Shown one piece after another: positions 55,221 through 64,000 of a DNA stretch of 64,000 nucleotides. The stretch lies in NCBI RefSeq assembly GCF_009914755.1, contig NC_060944.1, one strand, 5' to 3'. This DNA comes from the human T2T-CHM13v2.0 reference genome, Homo sapiens. A model generated the notes under the pieces. It was not told where the DNA came from and ran no database searches. It worked only from the letters and a program-made list of their open reading frames with translations. Numbering within the stretch: the stretch's first letter is position 1; every line of letters starts with the position of its first letter. Made by a program: the position numbers and the translations under genes.

Positions 55221-56736
55221 TGATAGCAACAAAAGTCATGTGACTCTCCTGGCTTTTTGTTTTGAAAAAGCTTTCAGAGAAGGAATATTCTTATGCCTTC
55301 TCTCCCTACAGATGGGGAAAAGACTGGTGTACTGAATTACTAATTTATACTCATCAGTTAACAGATTGTCATTGGCAATTTATGTGAGAACACAAAGCAT
55401 CCAACAATAAATGATTCTGCATTTCACCAACAGATAGTTTCTCATCGAAGAAATGTGAGCAAATCAATCCTGTTTGAATTCAAGCAATTCTAGCTTAGAA
55501 AAAGTAAGCATGCCTTGGATTTATTTTACTGTTGCATTTAAACGAAATAATATCCATTTAAAACATTAATTTAAGAATGCAAACATGTGCTACTACTTCT
55601 AACAGTGGGATCAGGTGATGAGATTTATATCCAAGCAAATTGCAAACAATTAAAATGGGTCAGCAAAAAACTAGATGATAATTTAGAAAATGTTAAGAAC
55701 AAGATAGGCAGTCATTTCTGTCACAGCATGTATAATACATCCAAATTAATACGTTTATTAGTTTCCAATAACTTATTTGGTATTCATGAAAACTATTGTT
55801 AAGAAACAATTTAAGACTATATCCAGATATAGTTTAAATTATAGCACTCAAAATTAGAATTTGAAGCACTAATAAATAAAATTTCATTTAAAAAATAGGG
55901 ATTAAGAAATTAATGTTTTACTGAGGCTATTATCAGGATATTCATCAGCATAATTATCCTAGATGTGTCAACAAGTTCCTAACTACACCCCAATTTTTAT
56001 CTTCCATAATGTGTATTCTTGAAAAAGCTTTTACAAACAGAATCCAATTCTTTTTCAATCTGTCTTAGCCATTCAGCACCATGAACAAAATTGACTCCAA
56101 AAGTTGTTCTAATGTCTGTTTCTCTTTTCACAGAAGTTTAAAAAAAAAAAAGTATAGAACCAGGTCAGCCATAAAACTGGTTTTTCAAAGGCATGGGCAC
56201 ACACATTGGCTTTAGCCCATAACAGCTCCAGATCTCTTCTCTCTTTGGTTACTCACTGCCAGTCTCTCCCATCTCAAATCTCATCTAGCTTCACAGAAAC
56301 TAAGCACCTAACTAGAGTAATCAGAGATTCCTCAAGTGCCACTCGTCCCACTGGGAACAACAAAAAGCTAAAGGGTGGTCATTGTTGAGGCCATGGGGAC
56401 CACTACTGTTTCATGAATGTTGAACACAGACTCCCTCAAACAGGGACTCCAGTCAGCTCTGATGACCTGAGCAGCCTCACTGCTTTGCAGGATCTGCATA
56501 TCCATTTAACTAACCATCATGTGCCAGACAAATCCCGTTTATTAAACCACAGAGAATGTGCTGCAATACATAAAATGTCAGCTATCGTGCTTCTTCAAAA
56601 ATGATCACCAACGAGGGAGGAGGCTAAGTGCAATAAAGAAAAAGAAGGCATCTCAAACGGCAAGTCCTAAAAAAGCATGCACTTAAAATAATAGTAAAAG
56701 TTATGATTTAAAAATATAAGTCAAAGTATCACTTAC

Positions 56737-56802
56737 TCTTGCTTCATTCTGCTGAAGTTTTTCCTCCATACTTAAAGCTGTGGGGGAGTCTAAGAGGGCA
56801 AT
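56737..56802 (-). CDS. KIF16B: KIF16B internal coding exon (66 nt, IALLDSPTALSMEEKLQQNEAR; probably exon 11)
   Basis: Read by hand on the minus strand: tattgtag|ATTGCC...GCAAGA|gtaagt. Phase 0/0, continues the upstream exon in frame. Too short for the ORF track. Confidence 0.96.
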
Positions 56803-57529
56803 CTACAATATAAACCATAAAAGAAATCAGCAATTAATAAACAGCAATAATCTAGGTTTTTCCCTGAATATAGTAAATTATCCAAAATTTCACAGAAACT
56901 ATTAAAGGTAAAAAGCAATGTCCTACACCCTGCCAAAAAGTGTTGAATATCACCAAGTCTTTACTCCACGGGATACATCTCTCATAATATTCAAAACCAT
57001 GGCATCCCAGTAAACCTACATTTGCAATACAAATCAGCAAAGCAAAAGATGTAACATATTGACATTTTACCAAAATCAAACACAGTCTAAATCCCTAGAT
57101 CTTAAGGATTCGCCTCTTTTAATATGTACAGAGTCCAACATTCAAAAGGGACCATGCCTAAGTCTTGCTTAACCGCAGGCTTCTGAGATTTGCTCTTACT
57201 GATACATGAAAATGAAACGCATTTATTTTCACTGCTGATGGTATACCCCATATGGCATGGCTACACGACAATCTCTGATTACATTTCCTTATCCCTGTCG
57301 AAGAAGTGTAAAGATTGATGTGAGAATGATAAATACCAAAATCAGTTTAAAACTGAGCAGGACAAGCAGACAGAGACAAGAGAGGGAAACGGAATCAGGC
57401 TGGGGCTTAAACTGCACTCTTAACATGTGAGTCCCTGACCTGAGTGGCAGGGACACTGTGCTTCCTATTCTGCCTCCTTTTCTCATGGCCTAAGATATCC
57501 CTTGGAAGAAAAAAGAAAGAGAATATCCC

Positions 57530-57980
57530 TCCTATCCTACCCGCAGGCAATCACTTTTTCCCAATTTGGTTGTGTAAACTTACAGTTACTCTGGTCATAT
57601 GCAAGCGTGTTTTTTGTCGTGTTTTTAAATATAAGTGGCATAAAAACACTATTCTGGACATTGCCTTTTTAACACACCAATATATCTTAGAGAAAATTCA
57701 GTAAAAATAAAAAACTGCTTCACTCTTTTTAACAATTCCAATTTAATTATACAATATTCCATTGTATAGATTTCTATGATTCATGTTAGTGCTCTCCTAT
57801 TAACATAAATGTGGTATTCTTAATCTTTCAGGAGGACTATCCTTATGCCCACTGCCTACAGTATGCATGGCTCTATGAATAGAATAAATTCCTAGAAGAA
57901 GAATTTGTGAGTCATCTATACGTATGGTTTTTATTTTTTATAATTGCCAAGTTGTCTTCCCCAGAGACTGTAGCATTTTT
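57530..57980 (-). mobile_element. Old L1ME-type fragment
   Basis: atattccattgtataga...gaataaattcctagaagaagaattt...attgccaagttgtcttcc. Confidence 0.55.
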
Positions 57981-60189
57981 TTAATGACTATTTACTTTTC
58001 AATTTCTCATCAAACAAAAACACCCACAAGGTGATCTTCTTCGGCACTGTTAAACATTCAAACTATGAAGACTACCATGGGCCACACCTGGTATCTGTAT
58101 ACTGAACGAAAGCAGAGCTGGCCAGAAAGGAGCATAAGCGTTCGTCTTGGTAGGCAAGGTCCTCGTGACAGTCTATGCAGTAGTCCTCAGAGATGTCCCC
58201 GAGCTATTGTCTTTGGCCTTCCTGAGTAACCATTCATACGTGAGGGGTCGAGATTCACATAGGCGTCTGTGGGACCCACCCTGGTTAGAAGCCCACACCC
58301 ACAGAACCCAGCATCTCTTTCAAAAATGCCAAAGGCACATCCTCCAGGGGCCCCACAAGGGACACACCCTGTTACAAGAGTCACTGTCCTCCAGGAAACC
58401 CAGAGCTATGGTTTCTCAGCTGATATTAATAGTACATATGTAGTTCATCCTAATCCAGATGTAATTCACCAGTTAGGGGTCATTTTCGTCATTAGGGATG
58501 TTGCCTAGTTAGACAGGTGTCATCCCACTTTTATCTGGTTTGCATAGAATGAAGCCAGAAAGTTAACCCAAGGTCAAATCCATCCTCAGTAAAGAAAAGG
58601 GAGCTTTGTTAGCATGTTACTACAATGCATCATTGCATCTAACATGTTGTCTTGCACAGAGATGGTACTTAATAAATATTTTTCATTGAAGACATGAAAG
58701 TGGCAGATGTTAGTATTACTGCATTGTTTATATGTGGTTGACAATTTTCAAAACAAATAGAAAGCCCTTTATAACGTGGGTAATTTTACAGAATCCATTG
58801 TTGAGACTTTTATTGATAATCAAAGCTGAAACAGTTCTGCCACATCATCAAGTCAGGAGACAATCACGGACTGAATAGAAGCACAAAGACTCATGACCAG
58901 CACCCCTTCTGGAACATTATTTTTAAGCACGTGTAAAGAACGACCTTCCTAAATCCTTTTAAAAGAAATCATTGGTAAAAGTACCATTTTCAATTAAATT
59001 ACTATTTGCAAGGTGTATCTTTAGAAGAAAAGTGTTTCAAATCAAATAATAATCAGATTAAGTTCATACGTTGTTAAATCAAAAGTAACACTACCTCAAA
59101 AACACTATTACAAAAGGGTAGTAATAGCAGTTCTACTAACAACTTATACAAGCACCCCTTGCCTCACACCCTCATCAATATACTGTATAATCAATTTTGT
59201 TCTTTGCCCAACAGGTGAAAAGGACATCCTGTTTTTAAAGAACTTTGAGGTATCATCTACATGCAGCCAAATACATAAATCTAAGGTCCACTGCTTGATG
59301 TACCCACGAACATGTATACGTATACCCATTTCACTATTCTTAAAATCTGCATTTATTGTATTTCAATGACATTGAATATACTTTCACATGTACAGAAAGC
59401 ATTTGAAACTCTATTTCTATGGATTGTGTTCACGTCCTTTGCCCCCTTTCCTGCTGTGTTATGATGTTGTCTTATGTTTTCAATGAACCTCCTTTCCTAA
59501 CATAAAAGGTAGTCTTTTGTTGCATGATCAGCAATCTTTTCCCTGGTCTGTATTGGTTAGAGCAAATTTTCATTATGTTATATAAATATGCTATGTTCTT
59601 ACTTTTGTCTATGTGAGCTTTCACAGAATGAGAAAGAAGAGTTAAAATTTTCTGTGACAAATGTGTGTGGCTTTGTCTCCTGCTATTTCGAACAGTTTTG
59701 TTGTTTTTTTCAATTACGAAAGTTGATATCATGTCTGATTTTAATTGTTAGTTGCACCCTTTGTCGTGATAAAGTGCTCTTTTTTAAAGCTCACACAATG
59801 CTGTTTCTGCACCGCTTTCTTTCCTCTTGAATTCACTGGTTTGTCCATTCTTACAAACACCATATAATTGAGTTTTACTTTGTGACCCTATCTGAGATGT
59901 GTCTTCTTTAAAAGTTTACACATGATACTTTTATTATTTAAAATTTATCTTTAACCTCAGCTACAAGAGTGAGTAATTCATTCTACTTTCATCTTCCCTT
60001 TCCCATCATCTTCTTTGCTTCCCACCTTTGGTTGTGTTTTTCATTTCTATACTGTTTGATTTACTTGTTGTCTCCAGATACATTCAAGAGAGATGAGGAA
60101 GTCAAGAGACATTTTCTCTCTGCCAAATTAAATGCAGAAATAGCTGAAAATACATTTAAATATAATAAAAGAGAATAAAACCTTTAAAA

Positions 60190-61145
60190 AAGAAGATATT
60201 CAAATACTCAGCTTCATCAATCGCCTGAGAAGCACAAAGTAAAATTATTCTATGATTCTGGTATATATCCATTAGGATGGTTACAATGAAAACTGTACAT
60301 TATCAAGTGTTGCAATACCAAGAATTGAACCAGCACTTTTATACACTGATGGTGGTCTATTAACTGGCACAACTACTTTTATACACCAAGAATTGAATTC
60401 TTGGTTCAATACCAAGAATTGAATTCTTGGTTCAATACCAAGAATTGAATTCTTGGTTCAATACCAAGAATTGAATTCTTGGTTCAATACCAAGAATTTA
60501 ACCGGCACTTCTATACACTGATGGTGGTCTATTAACTGGCACAACTACTTTTAGAAAATTGCTTGGCAATATCTACTAAAACTGAACATATGTACTCCTC
60601 TGACTCACCAATTCCACTTGTAGACATAAATCTAACAGAAATGTATCCATATGTTCACTAAAAACATCTAGAGGAAAGTCTACAAAGCAGTAACAGCCCG
60701 AAATAGGAAACCCCTCAAATGCCCATCTAAAGTACAATGGACAAATGAGCTGGAATATCTTTGCATGATGGAAGACAACTTTGCAGTGAGGATAAATGGA
60801 TCCACTACTACATGCAACAGCATGGGTGACTCTCACAAACATAATGTTGACTGAAAGAAGTGAGATCAAAAGAGTGAATATTTTTCATTATTTCATTTAT
60901 ATAAAGAACAAAAACAGGCAAAAATAAAAACTAACAAAGCCTGTAGAGGTCAGGAGAGTGGCTACCCTGGAGAGAAAGGGGAGTAGTTCCTGAAAAGAAG
61001 GATTAAGGGGGGCTTCAAGGATACTGGTACTGTACTGTCTCTTAAGAAGCAGGTTAGATGGGTGAATTTAGCTTATGAAAACTCACTGAACTATACACAT
61101 ATAACTTGCAATTTTGGGGGATAATACGTCAATAAAAAATTCAAA
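60190..61145 (+). mobile_element. L1ME-type 3' region (host of the palindromic array)
   Basis: ggcacaactactttt...ttggcaatatctactaaaactgaacata...catgcaacagcatgggtgactctcacaaacataatgttga. Confidence 0.8.
60385..60488. repeat. Four perfect 26-bp tandem units (accaagaattgaattcttggttcaat) between two copies of a 68-bp direct repeat
   Basis: Units start at 60385, 60411, 60437 and 60463; flanking copies at 60313-60380 and 60485-60552. Confidence 0.97.
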
Positions 61146-62056
61146 TATATAAACTACTACATATATCTACATATCTAGATCTACATAGTAGAAGAATCAA
61201 ATACATGTCAAAACCTTTTGCTTTACTAAAAAGGTGCTTTAAAAACTCTGATGCACATGACTTTTTGCAATGGGAAAGACAGAAAATTATTAAAAGTAGA
61301 AGTTGATTTTTATTTAGCTGTGCTTAAAAAAAATAACCCTAGAAATGGAACTCAGATTTGAATAACATTCTCAATGAACCACAGCAGTACCTGGTATAGA
61401 ATATTCTAGGAATAGAGCAATACTCCCAGAAAAATGTATACAGAGATGTTTAATGGACATTTAAGAACACCTGCTGTTTTTATTAAGCTTCATAAATTTA
61501 ATTAATTTAGGATAAGCCTATATTGTCTCAAAACAATTTACAGCTTCATAGCACGATAAATTATTTTAAATTGGATTCACATTTTTATTGTAATATATTG
61601 TATATCAAAAATTTTATCTGCAATGCGTTCTGAAATAGACTTAACTGTCTTTTATATCCTCACCCCCAAAATTACAGCAACAAAAATACTCCCTTAAACA
61701 CAGCAGTGGTAATAAGTCATAAAAGGAAAAGGAAAAAAGACTACAAAATATAAGGCAACTATATGGCATAACAATACCTCTGAAGGCATTTTTCAGAGAG
61801 AAAATGTAAAGTTTCAATAAATTAAAGGTTTTTAATCTATATAAGATTCCTTCCAATGATGTCCTCAGTTAATTTTAAAAAGATAATATTTTTACCCTTC
61901 ATTCTTTTAACCTAATAAAAGGTTAAGCACAAGAAACTGCACATAGAATTTTCCAAATACTTCCTTCACATATAGTAATTTGAGTGATCCAATCAAATCA
62001 TCATTAAAGGCTTACTTTATATAAACAATGTTTTAAAAACACTGAGAAAGATGCCA

Positions 62057-62355
<299 letters not shown>

Positions 62356-62884
62356 GATTCCAATAACAAGGTGTATAAATAAAAATGACTATTGTGGTTC
62401 ATGTTATAAGGGCCTCATCACGTGGAGCTGGACTCTTCATTCTGACAACTTCCACCATAGAGCAAAATGCATGTGGAGATATTTTTAAGCACAATGAACA
62501 ATTCCTATTCAACTGCTGTCCACCATCTTGTGGGAAAGAACTGCCAGGTACATTTCAGGACACAGGAAATTCAGTGAGGTTTTCATCCCATCAGTATTTT
62601 CAAAACATTTATGGGATGCCAAGAGCTTCAAGTGCCACATAATCCCACGTGGAAAGCACTGCTCCAACGGGACCACTCTGCACATAAAGAAAAGCATTTC
62701 TTTTCACGATATACTTAAGACATCCATTCATGAGTTAAGAAAGGAGGGTAACTCCAGTCTAACTTCAACATTTAAAAAAGCTATCCTTCATTTTCTTTCA
62801 AGGGTTGCCTTTCTTCACAGCAATATCAAAGCCTACCAGAACTTTACTTCCACCAATCATCACGGAATGTAACTCTGTACATAC

Positions 62885-63060
62885 ACCATGCAGACTATCA
62901 GGAAGCTTACTGAGAAAATCACAAAGACAAGGAATCTTCACTAGAATCCCAACAGATCCTAAAATGAGACTATTTCAACAATCAAGCGAGGGCCCAGGGA
63001 CAGCATTTCAGCCAGATCACAGGTGTAATATACATGTGTCGCGGGGCCACCAGAACCACC
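62885..63060. mobile_element. MER5-like remnant
   Basis: catgcagactatcaggaagcttactg...gagggcccagggacagcattt...caggtg. Confidence 0.4.
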
Positions 63061-63495
63061 TCTCTAATAGGTGATATGACACAGGCATTCAGAAAGGTGT
63101 TCAAACAAGTCTTTTATTCTGTTAAAACACATTTTAAAGTCATAAAATGCATGGGTGAAATTTTAAATACTATTCTAAGCATATCAATTTCTTTCCACTT
63201 AAAGAGATTATGCCATTAATCCTATTGCATAGTACATTTCCATTCATAATTGATAACTATTAGAGAGTTAATCATTTCAGGTTTAGTGGATAAAATCTTA
63301 CACATGCAGCCCGTAATGAATGCAAAGGCTGACAAGAGGTTGATGTAAACGAGGGACTGGCTAACTCATTCAAAGCTTTACTTAGCACTTATTTACTCAA
63401 ATCAATAGCATGAGTGAGAAAATTGTCTCATTAAGATCTAGAAATAGATGCCATTACTCAAAGAAAATTATCCATAAATCTCAGAAAAACCCAAC

Positions 63496-63671
63496 CTGAT
63501 TCCCTTGAGCAAGCAGCGTTTTCAGTCTGGCTATTTCAGCTCGCAGCTCACGGATAAGTTTGACGTTGGCATCCTCATTAATGGTAGGCTTGTTGATGAT
63601 GTTTTTGGCTCTATTTGCATAGCGAAGAGTACTTAGGGTTTCTCCATAATTGACATCAGCAGGTGAAATGG
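63496..63671 (-). CDS. KIF16B: KIF16B internal coding exon (176 nt; end of kinesin motor domain, neck linker, neck coil; probably exon 10)
   Basis: Encodes (T)[58 protein letters not shown], with the kinesin ETLSTLRYA motif, matching KIF16B as I recall it. Acceptor ttcttcacag at 63672-63673; donor CAG|gttggg at 63494-63495; phase 1 to phase 0. Exon number is from memory. Confidence 0.97.
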
Positions 63672-64000
63672 CTGTGAAGAATGTATTCAAAAAATAATTT
63701 ATCCAGCACTCCATGTTCCATTTAACACAAAGTTGGTTTGTAATTTAAAAGTCAGATTAACCCCAGGTCATTGGAGAGACTAAATATTCATTGCCACAGT
63801 AATGAATATGAAAAATTATCTAACATTTCTAGGAAAGAGTGTTCACAATACAAAATTAAGTGTCATTTTGCTCTTCTCAAATCTAGAATCAACCACCTAA
63901 CCAAGTCTAAAATGAGATATGAGACATTCCCCTATAGTTAGGTAGTTTTCCCTGCTGAAAACGTAAGAAGAAGGTTTAAAGACTATTTGTCATCTCAACA

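Noticed and set aside
60385-60488. CRISPR-like palindromic repeat array
   Set aside because: No unique spacers, eukaryotic intron, no cas genes.
63481-63714. 77-aa ORF as a stand-alone gene
   Set aside because: It is the KIF16B exon plus intronic read-through on both sides; splice sites define 63496-63671.

Overview
Primate (almost certainly human) genomic DNA lying entirely inside the kinesin-3 gene KIF16B on the minus strand. Three coding exons are visible: 63496-63671 (end of motor domain and neck coil), 56737-56802 and 53415-53474. They splice in frame with canonical AG/GT sites into the KIF16B peptide ...[58 protein letters not shown]|IALLDSPTALSMEEKLQQNEAR|VQELTKEWTNKWNETQNILK. I did not find the next coding exon, so bases 1-53414 are one very long intron. 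It is filled with Alus, old L1/L2/MIR fragments, DNA-transposon fossils, solo LTRs (LTR9-like, THE1B, MLT1) and microsatellites. Apart from the exon-containing ORF at 63481-63714, the ORF track looks like noise or repeat-derived sequence. I see no convincing new gene system. The best leads are: several cryptic or latent exons in the intron separating the motor from the cargo-binding domains; an intron read-through ending in a CaaX-like motif; a palindromic 26-bp array inside a 68-bp duplication; an old 250-bp duplication sharing an identical forkhead-containing 24-mer; and an octamer-rich solo LTR. Repeat subfamily names come from recalled consensus sequences, and repeat boundaries are approximate unless a target-site duplication (TSD) is quoted.
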